The notes under the pieces were generated by a model. It saw nothing but the letters and a program-made list of their open reading frames with translations. It did no database searches and was not told where the DNA came from. This document shows, piece by piece, positions 25,799-38,763 of a stretch of 44,203 nucleotides of DNA (its first letter is position 1; each line of letters starts with the position of its first letter). The stretch spans positions 106,387,128 to 106,431,330 of the forward strand of contig NC_068981.1 of the NCBI RefSeq assembly GCF_001194135.2. Direction: 5' to 3'. The DNA comes from Octopus bimaculoides. Taxonomy: Eukaryota. The position numbers were made by a program, and so were the translations under genes.

Positions 25799-26869
25799 AC
25801 ATACCTAGTAACAGAAAAATAGGCAGCAGTATCCTGTATGCTCAGAAATAATGTAAGATAAATGGTATGGAGGTCTAACTTACCTCATTAATGAATGAAA
25901 ATGTTTCTCACTAGAGACAAAGGATTTGGAATTTATGCTCAATGAAGACCTGGAAATCTAACATATTTGGGTTCCTGATATCCAGCAAGTCCACACCCAA
26001 CAACATTCATATCTTCTATAAAACTTGATCAACAAATACCCCTTCACCTATGTATGAAAAAATTTAGGCTATTTGTAGACCATTGAGTATGATCATACAT
26101 ATGAGAGGGTACTACAAGGGAAAGAAAATGACATTACAAATTTATTGACATAACCAATATGCTGTTCAAGGGCACCTTAGTCTCCCCTCTAATCTTTTCC
26201 CTTTTTCCTTCCATCTTGTAGCAGGAATGTTCAGCAGTCAGATCACTACTATACCCTATGTTATGATTCACTGGAATTTATCCATGTAACAAAAAAAAAA
26301 AAAAATAAAAAAAAATAATCAATCATGATTTCATGTGGAATAGGCTCCAGTGACAATTTCATCTTTCTGAGCCTAATCATCAGTATAAATTCAGCTCACC
26401 TTTACTACTTGAGGGAGAGCTTGGAGAGAGCTTGGAGAGACAGTAGAGACACAACTGCAGACCCAAGCTGACAACAACCACAATGAACGATTGGTGATAG
26501 TAACACAATGACCAGCAGCTAACTTTTTGACAGCTACTACTATTACATCAAGAACAATAACATTCAAACTCTCTCAATATTTTGTCATTCATAGCAATGA
26601 CAGTATTTGCTTTTTTCTATGAAAAGAAAAAAACTTTGTTTATCAAAAATCATAAAGGATTCAGTCATCTTCATCATACAACTAGTGACCTCTGACACAA
26701 AAAACAGCAGTCAGCACTTGTAACAATCTAAACCCACTCCAAAAGCATATTATTTGAATTCAAATTCCAACTTCAGCTGTGTTTTTAAGCTTCCACTTCT
26801 TCATGTCCTGTATTTTGCTAGGCTTTATCATAAATATTTTCCTGCTAGTATACATATATGCATGTATAC

Positions 26870-26897
26870 CTACATACATACATAGCCACACACACAG

Positions 26898-26964
<67 letters not shown>

Positions 26965-26984
26965 CACACACACATACACACACG
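26870..26984. repeat. (CA)n microsatellite
   Basis: Visible repeat. Confidence 0.95.
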
Positions 26985-29739
26985 ACTAATATGTTTGATA
27001 TCTAACTAGTAATGTTGCATAAATTCCAAAACCCTGAAGAAACTCCCTTGTTGGTTCACATATGAGTATGTGTTAGACATTGGTTTATTCTTGAATTATT
27101 TTCATGTGTCACATTTTCCTTCTACAATTACTGGGCCTAAATTTGAAATCTAAAAGATCTTCAGTCCATAGAATACATTTGTACAGCTGTAGTGTAAGGG
27201 CTGGATGGAAAAAAAATCCACATCAAATTAATAGTGTAATCTCAGAGGGTGGACATTAAATGATGATGATAACATTGAGTAACTACAAAATATGACACTA
27301 ATATTTTGTATAAGAATGTATGCCTGGAGATCATCTTGAAAGTTTACCAGTTCTCCAAGATAGTGGTAATGTTTATGAAATCTTCCTCATATAAAACTCA
27401 TCTACACCTTACAAATTGATTTTACAGATTTCCTTCATATTACCATGTTCATTAAATTCTGTTTCTTTCTGTTTTCTCTTTAGCTCATTTTTGATATTTT
27501 ATTTTGTCTTGAACCACTAAAAATGTATTGTATTTTGCATTGTAGTTTTGTGCTTTATTAAATGCAAGCATTAATATTATCTCTTTATTTATACTTTTTT
27601 TTATAATATATATATTTTTTATGGTATTTGGTATCAAATATATGATTGAAGGAGAGATGGAGTCAAAGGTCAGGATATAAGTGTATGATGAAAAACTTTG
27701 CTTTTATTAATTACAAAAAAGGAATTAATAAGTGAATAACAACAATGTGTATATTACATTTAATAAATTGCTAATATGAATCTCTCCAAACAGAACAATG
27801 TCCGTTTTAACACATAATTTCTGACCAAGTTTTTTGCCAAAGCTAATCATAAATAAAAAAGAAAGTAAAAATAAAAAATAAAAAGCAAAAATACAACCTA
27901 CCTGAAATCAACTACTCAATTAGTCCTTAAGAAAAGTCAGGAAATAATTAATATATTTATTTTATCAAAATAAGGTGAAGGTCATTCTTAACCATTTCTG
28001 AAAGTTACAAATATGTCTCTTTCTGAGAGGTTTGAACATCATTCTTTCTTTCCAAACAAGATCTTCTGTGTTTCATATCTGTTTCATTACAGTAATGTCT
28101 AATTATTGAGTATGTCAGAGCCACACTGAAGCACTGAAATTTTCAAATCAATGTAGGGAATTAAAATAGAACTGGGAGAGATTTCTTGCAAGGGAAAAGA
28201 TTGATTAGGAAGAGTATTTAGAGTGGGATTTTGATGGTGGAGTGAGACACAGTAGAGAAGTACATATTAGTCCACAAAGTCAGTATTAATACCAATATTA
28301 ATACTCCCTCTGTTGCTAATTTATATTTTAAAGAAGCTAACTGGTTGATCAAGACACCAGTGCCTGTTCTGGCAATGAATTTTTATATATTGCTCATGGA
28401 GAAATGAGTTGCTGTTATCTCTAGTGGTTGAGCTTCTTTCACTGATGAGATCAAGGAAGATCAAAACTATGTGATCTGGTGGTCTTGGCATTGGAGTAGG
28501 TGGAGATTTTTCTCCCTGCTGCTGATATAAACAAACAAGCATGCATTCTGCATCAAAAGCCTTTTTGAGGGTTTCTGTCATGGTATCTATCACAGTAAAG
28601 TTTGTTCTAACAGAACATTCATGTTTAAGTGAGAATAAATATTATCTCACAGTAGATGCGACAGGTTGTGTTGGATGCATAGAGGCAATTTCAGATTTAA
28701 TGTTAACCAGGCTTGTGAAACAGGTGTTATGGCATTGTACTTGCTACAATTATCAAGTCTTTGTGTATGTACAATAGAGTTTCAAAGAACGCACCTATGT
28801 TTTTTTTGTAAAATTTACCTGTTCTCCCCTCATTATATATGCAACATTGCTATGGGAGATCATCAAAAAGTACAAACTTTAGCTGTCTATTGTTGATGGA
28901 TAATGGAAGTGTTTCCTTGTTATATGTAGCACTTGTGTCTTTTGCTGTTAAAAGAGATTAGATTAATATATTTTCATGGGAACTCTTATTTGTAACCCTG
29001 AAATGTATAATTTAGAAGGAATGGAATGAAGCCACTGGAACAACAATTTGAATGAACAAAAAAAAAATGAATGAACAGACACAAAAACTGAAATGAACCG
29101 AAAAATGTTCATGCTAGGTAATTCTGTATATACTAGTGAGACAAGGAAATGGATAAGGAGAGTAGGAAAGGATTTTCTTAAGTGTGAGTGTGTGTGTGTG
29201 TGTGTGTGTGAGCGTGCATGCATGCACATGTGTGTGTGTGTATGTGTGCAATATGGAATAGTATGCAAAATGGACAACAGATGAAATTATTTTATTGGAA
29301 GACAAACTACATTGGTTGAAGAATGGTGAGCAGACGTATTCTGAAATGTTCTTAGTAACAGATCCAAAGACCAACAAGCAATTTTGAAAGTGAGAGAGAT
29401 TTGATGTCATACAAGGCACAAACAACTTTGCTCACCCAAAGATTGTCTTGCAAGCATTGTGGTCGACATCCAAGTGGTTATGGTAAACAGAACTAAAATC
29501 ATAATAGTGAGTTCAGTGAGAGTTTATAACAAATCTAGGTATTTATGGATAAAGAACACCCATATTAAGTTTTTTTTTAGTAGGCAAATTGCCTTCACAG
29601 TGCTAACCGTTTTACAAAATCAAACTAGAAAACTGGACAAAACAGAGAACACAATTGAAAAAATTAAAAAGGAAAAAGAAAAAAAAGAAAGAAAGAGAAA
29701 AGAGAAAAAAGTAAAAAACAAAACAATTCACCACCTTGG

Positions 29740-31070
29740 GTTGAAAAGTTGGGGGCGCTGGGAAACCTTTCTTATGGCTATTGAGACACGCCAGCATGCT
29801 TGCAGTGTTGCCCCGGGTGATGGTGAGGCTGATACACAGGAACAGCAAAGCGCCCTCACGAACCCCCACCAGTTACCTCTGCAAGGTGAGTTGCCAGTGA
29901 AGACAGGAATTCACAGTTAGTGGTCCAACCCCACCAAATGTCTCAAACACCACAGGATGGAAAATGTAGTTGGCCGACAGATTGCGGTATTACAGGATTT
30001 TGTTCCACTCAGCCGCAGAAGTTGTGGATCTCACCCTAACTGCAGCATCCAGGATGTGAGAAGTAAAGAAGTCGTTAACTGTGACATCCTTGACAAGGCA
30101 TCTACCTTGTGACCAGGGTACAGAGCGATGCCATCAGGTCTCTTCCCATCACATCTGGACAATCCAGATGATTCCAAGATGGAAGGGATGTTTGCCTGGG
30201 CCAAGCACCTCTTGAGTATCAGGTTCAACTCCATATGATGTGCGAAATGACCAGCATTCAGGCAGCAAGAAAGGCCATGGGGCCTGTGGAGTCAAGGAGC
30301 CTGCTGCAACAACAGATCAAACCTGAGCATATGTCAGCTCCCACTCTGAGGGTAATGGAGACACGAAGTTTGTCCAAGCTGAGTAGGCCACCAACATTAG
30401 CCACAGGGATGGCATCAATCCAGTCACCTGAGTATTTGGTGCTAGCAGACAGTAAGCAGCACCTTGAAAACTGGTCTGACTGGATGAAGAGAGAGTCAAA
30501 GGTGGCCTTTGAAATTATGTTGTCCCAAGCTCTCTGACTCTGACATCCTCCACTTTCTCAGGAGCAGACAAGCCCAATTCCCTCCAGCATTAGAGAGCTT
30601 CATTCAACTCCCTGTTGGAACTGGTCCATGCTGGAGAGGAGAGGATGTTGCTCACCACCGTGGAGCAGGTGTGGGTGGATGAAAGGAAGCAGGGGAGAGA
30701 GAGGGACGAACACCTATGAAGACCCAGACCTCCGAATCGCTTGGGCAATGCAGCCTGATTGCGGAACATTAGAGAGAGTCTGACATTGACTAAGCATTCG
30801 AGTCTCTCAAAGATTAGGTTGTCAAAGTGTTGGAGGCACGATGGGAATCGGTAAGATGAGCTGACTCTGAGTAAATATAGGAGCTTAGGAATCGAGAGGT
30901 AATTCCTAAGTATGAAAAAACCTTGATGAGGTTCAATAGATTCAATATTTTTCTGCAATTGCTCAAGGGCAGCCACCTTCGACTGGAAGATGGCCTCAAA
31001 TGCAAGGTCAATGATTGGGGCACTTAGAGAGCACCAAGCCTGTGGGGGAGGGACTGCAATGGAAGGGAAG
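29740..31070 (-). mobile_element. CRE-like non-LTR retrotransposon 3' half (RT thumb, zinc knuckle, restriction-like endonuclease), decayed
   Basis: IPKLLYLLR..QAALPKRFGGLGL..LSLPCFLSS; LNLILKRCLAQANIPSILE.SGLSRCDGKRPDG; DVTVND; YRNLSANYIFHPVVFETFGG; ISL.I.RGN.AS. These fit RLE (PD..D) LINEs of the CRE clade. Confidence 0.85.
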
Positions 31071-34000
31071 AACTCAGTGAGTTATGCTTTTTTAAAATGG
31101 TAGAGTATAATATCATGAACATTTGACAGCTATTTCTACTGAATCAAATAACCATTTCTATGTGCCTTCAATAACTTGTCAGCCTTTTAAGTTTCTCTAC
31201 AAAGTTTATGAATATTAGTGTTTTATATCTCTCTTTCTTAAAAAAAAAATCCCAGAATTGTCAAAGCATTATGAAATGCTGAATAAGTAAGTTATATAAT
31301 ATATTTAGTATATTATCCAAAGAAAATATCCAAAGAAAATATGAGAAAAATATAAGATTTTGCTGATGATATTTTTTATTCAAGTTTTGTTACTCCTAAA
31401 ATAACTGAAATAATTTGGAGGAAATTCTTTTTTATTCAAATGGGCTCTCAGCCAGTTCTTGCATTCATATTTTTATTTATTTCCTACTTTTTTCTTTATT
31501 GAAATAAGTATGAAGCAACTTATGCAGATAATTCAATTGTGTTATAAACCATAGAAAAACTTCTATGACGCCTTTTATTTAAATGTCACTACAACTATAC
31601 AAAATTATCCAGCCATAAAACAAACCAACTGTTCAATTAGTCCAAGCAGTACATTTATTTGGGTTTATTCTATATAATATTATAAAAGTGTTAAGCCATG
31701 AAGATTATGCATTGGTTGATTTCAGTTTGTTAAAGACTCAAGCAATCATAAATGTCTGCAGAGATTGGAATAGTTGTAAAAATCATAAATGTTAGCTGAG
31801 ACTGAAATTATTTTCTTGGAGACATAATTTGTTTTGGCTTCCTGTGCATTTTTGTATAATCACTGCTGAACTTTGTGCACTGTTAATACAAGTCTATATT
31901 TCTGAGATGAAGAATTTTTAATATTATGTATTATTCAGAGAGGTGTCCTCGTTTTGATTGTTGCTTTCATTGCATTTTGGCTGTGTGCACTCCAACCTTT
32001 CTTTAGGTGTCTTGTGATTCACCATACTGCCTCGCCTGGGATTGAACTCAGAACCTCTAGTTGAATGCACTGCATTAACCAGCACCTTTATCCACTACAC
32101 TATACCCATAGGCAGTGTCAGAATGAATTTTTAAACCTTACAAACCTTCATTGATGTCTTATATGTTCCATACTGATTGGATAATACACTGTTCTTTACT
32201 AAATATAATGTATTAAATATTTAGTTATTAACAACATCTAATATGACTCCTTACTGTGTATCTTACATGTTGTAAGAGGTGACTAAAAGATGCTGGAGAG
32301 AGAATGAGCAAAATTGTAACTCCAAAAATTCTCCAACTCATTCTAGCATGAAAAAAGCATTTGCAAAATAAAGCTGATGTAAATGATTTATCAAATGGGA
32401 CCACTACATTATCTGGTATCCTTCACTGCGAGCGTGAGATGAAATTTAAAAAAATTATTCCCACAACATGTATGCTTAGGTGTCTTTTTTTTTATTACTG
32501 TTTGTTCCTTATATGTGATGGTTTCAAATAGTTATTAGTGACAACTGATGAGGTTAGTCTAAGCAAAGAAGTCTTTTTTAAATCTCTTGATTTGGTGAAA
32601 GCTAAGATTTTGATGTCTCTTTTTGTAATCAGCTTGCTTCAGCTAACTTTTGCTTTCATTTATTATATCTATTAATATACAGATCATAATAATTCTTTTC
32701 ACTTCATCCTTGAAGAAATGCTTTCTACACTTACTTTCACAAACTCAAATGTTTTAGTTAATATGTCAGCCATTCCATACAAATACAACAATTGCCTTCT
32801 TACTCTTTAATCAATATTTTGGTTACTCAGTCATTCTTTTAAATGATATAATTTCCAGAATAATTCATTCTTAATCAGAATATAAAACCATACAAATCCT
32901 TAACTAGACTTAAAGCAATATATGAGTAGAGCTGAATGTTTTGCTCAGAAACATAGCAAACTCATGACAATGTGGGCAAGCATCTTCTTATTGATTCAGC
33001 CATTTTGTCTCTCTAAAAATAATAATATAATCAATATCTTGCCAAAAGAAACCATATTATAAAGCCTAAATATTGCATTCATTATTATTCTTTTATAATC
33101 AATTACATAACTAGAAATAATAGAGTATGTCTCATCTCTTTATTATATGCAATAGAACTAATTTTCATGAGAACAAAATAATGGCAATATTTTCCCCTTT
33201 ACTGCCAATACTTTTCAATACATTTATCTTCCCATTTAAAAATTTAAGAGAGGAACATAAACTACTTAAAAATTACATATATAACACACAAAAGAAATGC
33301 AATTTTAATGTATTAATTTTTAATTTATTTGTTATAATAAATATAAAATTTAGATATACTGATTTTGCTGCAAATCTAATAAATCTAATAATTTTCTTTG
33401 ACTGCAATTGTTCTGAGAATAAAACCCCACACTTTATATATTGTCCCATTTTTGTGGATATCATACAACACACACACACACACGTGACTTACAGCTGCTT
33501 TGTTTGTAATCAAATGTACCTTTTTGTGCCACTTCCCGTTAGCAGTTATCATGATTATAATATAATATGATTATTATATAACTTCCAGCAACTATGGTAG
33601 TATTGAAACTGTCTAACCCTTTATAGACCCCTATATTCCATAAAGTCTATCTCACATTTTTCAGACAATGAATGGACATATATCCTACTCAGTTAAACTT
33701 CCATGTATTGCAGGCAACTTTGTCTGCAGGAAGAACTGACTATAGCTCTGCAAGCTAACAAACCCTTCACCAATTTTACAGTGCAGTATCTATTTAAAGT
33801 TCGATGGACTCAGTAATAAAGAACTAAGTGTCTTGGTTAAGATGCAGTAGTATCTAATGCCTAATTCCTGAAACTATACAGAAACAGTTTTATGTAACTC
33901 TAAAGAACCTATAAATACTATAAAATACAATTTTCATAAATCACTGAGCATCATAAAATGGTAATAAGTACCCAGCAAATTAAAACAGGGATGCAGTCAA

Positions 34001-36540
34001 GCTATTTATAACATACATATTATTTGCATGTTTTATATGCTGTATCATATATGATACTGTTTAAAATATCTATGAGTTTAATGATGAGACTTGGTTATTC
34101 AGTTGAATGACTAACCCCAGCTTTACTTGGATGAATACTTTACTGTAAGACTTCATTACTAGACTTGAACAAATATTTAGTGACTTCTTACAATGGTGAC
34201 AAATACAGTCATTTAGCATGATGTGCTAAATATCAAGTAATAATTTATAGAACTGATAAAAAATACAATGTTCATGTTTAAGAAATATTGAGAAAAGTAA
34301 GGACTTGTTGAAGTATTTGTGGAAGAATTTGCTCATGATGCCTGAGACACTGACTTTCAGAAGAGTGATACCTATTTGAAATAAGAATCTGAAAAAAAGT
34401 GGTGAGTATGGTTGTATGTATTGAATGGTATAAGTCAGAAGTTATTTTGACTACTTCTATGAAAGTAATAAAAAGAATTACCAAAAGTTGGCAACAGTCT
34501 AAAATCTATAAAATCTAGACCCAGAGGAAATTAAACTCAACTAAATGAAATAGCCAAAGTTTTGATAAATATCTTAATAATACAGACCTAGAAAATTGCT
34601 TGGATTTTACAGAGTAATTAAACAGTGATAAATTTTAGTTGAATAAAAACACTACTGCTGTTAGCAGTTACAATATGATCGAATATGATCAACCAAAAGC
34701 TGAAGTGTTAGTAACTTTGTTCATACTGCTAACATTGGCAAATACTGACAATGCTATAAATGGTAATAAATAGTAAATGATATTCAACCACATCTTCTGA
34801 AGTAAACTGCATCAAAGTTTTGTTGTCAGCAGATCCTTCAGGAAAAAAGTTGACTTTCTCAGATATAGTTATTTTAAAACATTTTTACAGCTTTGGTTTT
34901 GGATATTACAAAGCTGTTGTTATAGCTACAAAATTCAAACAAAAAAACCTCTTGTCGAACAATTCAGATTAGAACCACTGTCCAATATATTTTCACTATG
35001 GTTATTTCTGTCCACAGAACCTGTGACTATTTTCAAACACTACACACCTGCTTTCATCATCTGTATGCTATGTACCACAGAACTTTGCCATATGTTTAGT
35101 CTTATTGAAGTCAGTTTGTCCCATATATTGCAAATATATTATTATCTCATGTATGCATATCTGCATCATTTAAAATAATATTGACTTAAAAATGTTTTCA
35201 TGGAGAGGGACAAGAATAACATTTTGTCACGTCTGGGTTTTTATTAGATTTCTAAACAAATCTATTGAAGGAATAATCTGCTTTCAAGCAGGTTAATTAA
35301 ATATCATTTATAGAATATTCTGACAAATCTATTTATTTTACTAAGGTGTTTTTTTTTTGGTTATAAAAAACATCTTTAAACTACAACAGAGAAGTCAAAA
35401 TGGAATATATACTGTACACAATAACCAGATGCATTTTTTATAGCTGTCAGTGTATGACAGTGTTTCTGTTTTGTGGCACATTGGGTAAAATTTGTGTCAT
35501 GTCTAATGATATGGTCATACCATTGTCTTTAGTTGCTATCAGTTATAATTATATTAAAGTCATCAAATATAGAGTCATTCACAACCCTAACTATTTACAT
35601 TCTAAGTACTCAGTCTTGTAAAGATACACAAAGAAAAATTACAGGAAGCTACTTTTGTTTTTCTATCATGAAAATTCTATGATATGCACAGGGCAGTTAT
35701 CAAAGAAGTTACTCAGGTAATTCACTCTCATGTTGCAAGTGAGGAAGAAACTCTCAAGGTAAACTTTATCAGATTAGGAATGATACACATCAGATGGTCA
35801 GCTTTGATTGAGCAAACTAATTCTTCAGTCGTGAGCATCCCAATTTTTCTGTGATATCTAAAACTACATCATTCAGTGAGTCCTTCCTTGTTTGAGATAG
35901 TGATAATTTGATTCAATGTTCCTGTCTGTATTTAATTTCGACTTGCACATGTTCATCAATTCGCCAAAATCAAAAACCCAAACGGGGGGAGGGGGTTAAT
36001 TTTTTTTTTTTTCATTTTGCACACTCACAATTGCCATCTAAAGTGTAAGAGTCCTTAAAAATTTTTCAAAAAAATGCCCTGGCTTATATAATTTTAAAAT
36101 TCTAATATTATCTGAATGAGATTCTAGTATACAACATATCCACTTCTGCTTTTATTCTGAGTCATTTAGTTTGTGAGGATCAGCATTTTCAGGAATAACA
36201 TAATTTTCTTTCAAAATTATCTTTGATTTTCCACAACAACCAATTCCCTATTGTGTCAATTCAGCTTGAGTTTTTTGTTCATTCAACATACATCATTCAT
36301 TCAACATTGCATGCCTGTTCACTGAACTTGTCATTTCTCAATACTTTGGCCTTTCATACCTAGCCATTTTTCACCTAACTCACTTTTCCAGTGGTCTTTC
36401 TTGAAAGTTAACATTGCTCATCGAACATGAGGTGCAACTCATTATTATTCAAGTGCTCTCGATTTCTACTCCAACCTCCACTGATATGTCATTATCACTG
36501 AGTGTCATAACTCTTATGCAAAACTTGAAGTGTGTATATG

Positions 36541-36577
<37 letters not shown>

Positions 36578-37079
36578 ATGTGTGTTTTTTTTTAATTCAG
36601 TGCCTAGATACCTATATGTTCCAGCTTACTTGTTTTTAATTCACTACCTATATCTCTATATATCTCTCTCTCTCACTTTCTCTATCTCTCTCCTCCCTCT
36701 CTCCTCCCTCTCTCTATTGTTGACTCTAATGGACTTTTAAACTTTCAACAATAAGCTTACTTTTTCCCTCCACTAGATTCATTCTTTTTCTAATATAGCA
36801 ATGTATTTATTATGTCTAAAGCTGGTTCTTGCTGGTACAGTGTGATCTGAAGAAACCATGCTATTTTCTTTTTTTTAATTCACTGCCTAGATACCTATAT
36901 GTCCTATTTTGCCCCCATTCTTCCTGTACAATTCCTGTTCTTCAACCAAACAGGTGTTGGGCCATTGGTGACCAAACTGGCAACCCCATAGAGCTTACTT
37001 TGAGAGGATGGTGTTTTTCTTGCAGGATTAAATACAAGATCTGTCAAAAGGCAGATAAACTCTGAAGAGTCAATGGCTA

Positions 37080-37490
37080 TCCAAATAAGCAACTCACATC
37101 GTTAGCTGTGCTGCCTATTAAGCTCTTACTCACTTAAGACAGCAGCGATAACAACAACTCCACTGCCTTTTAGCAATACTCACTTAAGGGAAAGGCTTTG
37201 GGAGTAAACCCCAAGGATAAAATTGGAGCTGGAGTCCCTAAGGCAGTTTGATACTGTAGACAACCTCATTCTAGCAACTCTTGCAACCCAACTGGTGCCA
37301 AGCTGTATTGGCCCCACTCTTCCCTTAGATAATACTGTTAGTGGTAGAGAGGGAAGATGTACTGCATGGGTAACTGCTGATCTCCCATGAAAACCTGCTC
37401 AGGCCTGCACCCTGGAGAGGACACTCCATTGCTGTCTAACCATAATAGTAAAACAGAGAGCTGCAGTTTACTGGTTTTAAGCCTGCACAT
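37080..37490 (-). mobile_element. Probable LINE 5'-UTR-like repeat fragment
   Basis: GC-richer block (ggagtgtcctctccagggtgcaggcctgagcaggttttcatggga..ggactccagctcc..ggggtttactcc) resembling RTE-type 5' regions from memory; no ORF. Confidence 0.35.
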
Positions 37491-37494
37491 TGGT

Positions 37495-38635
37495 ATGGAC
37501 TTGTACCTAATTTGAATTGCTTCCAAATGAATTTTCGTCCATTCTTCAGCTAAAACAGTCTCTAATTCTTGTAGTGATGGAGGATATCGACTCCTTACTT
37601 GTTTTTCTAAAATGCAACATAAGTGTTCAATAATATCAAGATCTGGGGACTGTGGTGATCAGATGAGATGTTCAACTTCACTTGAATGTTTCTCATGACA
37701 TTCTGTAACAACTTTAGCTGTGTGAACTGGTGCATTATCATCCTGAAAGATTGCATTTCCATCCAGAAACAGTTCCGCAACCATAGGATGAATTTGATCA
37801 GATAAAATTCTTAGATAGTCTTGACTATTAATTCTGCCATGAAGGGAAACCATTGGGCCAGTGGATTTCCAAGATATAGCCCTGCCACCTCAGATCATCA
37901 TAGATCCTCCTCCATGTTTAACAGTTGGAAGAAGGCAGTCTGGGTCAAATGCTTCTTTTGGCTGTCTCCACACGTATACTAGTCTGGTGGTTGAAAATAA
38001 GGTAAAGGATGACTTGTCCGAGAAAATAACATTCTTCCACTACTCTAGAGACCTATTCTGTAGGTTTTTACTCCACTCTAAATGATTTGCAACATTTGTT
38101 TTTGAAACAAGTGGTTTTCTGATTGCAGCCCTCCCATGAAATTTGGCTTTGTGCAGCTCCCGGCGAACAGTTTTTGTGGAAACTGGGTTTTCAAGGTTGT
38201 CATTAAGCTCTGCAGTAATTTTGGGAGCTGTACTTTTGTGATCCTTTCTAACAATTCGTGTAAGAGTCCAAGTTTTGGTTTTCTTCCAGAGTTTTGTTTC
38301 AACAAGGAGGTTTTTTCCTCTTTCTCAAAGGTTGTAATTACTTTCAAGACAGTACTTCTTGATACACCAAACATTTTGGCTGTTTTCATTATGCTACCAC
38401 CTGCCATACGAGCACCAACAATTTGACCTCTTTGAAAGTCCAATAGATCTGTTATTTTAATGAATTTTAATTACCTTTTCTGACGATATCTGAAAAGAAA
38501 CAGCAAATTTAGCAAAACATATTAAGCAACACTAATAATAAATCATAAAGCATAAAAATAAGCAAGCTTTTGATGGCTTTATAGATATTTCAAGATTATG
38601 ATGCTAGGTATTTCCATTATTTTGTCCAACCTTTG
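37495..38635 (-). mobile_element. Tc1-family transposon with DD36E spacing (Incomer-like), decayed and 3'-truncated
   Basis: MDFQRGQIVGARMAGGS..GVSRSTV..NSGRKPKL; VIFSDKSSF..YVWRQPKEA..PTVKHGGGS; IFQDDNAPVHTAK..HLI*SPQSPDLDIIE, with 36 residues between D and E by hand count. Terminus caaaggttggacaaaataatggaaatacc is next to TA at 38636-38637. Confidence 0.9.
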
Positions 38636-38717
38636 TATATATATTAGACAAAATGAGATAACAAAGACAAGGCTGTGAGTTTTCAGAACATTTATAAGGA
38701 GCAAGATATAGACATAG

Positions 38718-38763
38718 TCTTGCAGCTGTTTCTGGAATATTATGGATATCCCTTTATCAAGGA
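38718..38763 (-). ncRNA. Degenerate hammerhead motif (core mutated)
   Basis: The minus strand has TTGATAA in place of CTGATGA and GCA in place of GTA; otherwise homologous to 40885-40930. Confidence 0.5.

Noticed and set aside
33127-33570. 147-aa ORF
   Set aside because: Very AT-rich F/I/N/K-biased composition that includes a CA repeat; no motif; consistent with chance.
34780-35960. Several 50-100-codon open stretches on both strands
   Set aside because: No recognisable motif, no consistent frame and no convincing splice-site pair.
36585-36903. Direct repeats of ttttaattca(g/c)tgcctagatacctatatgt (two full, one partial)
   Set aside because: Ordinary local duplication with irregular spacing; not CRISPR-like.
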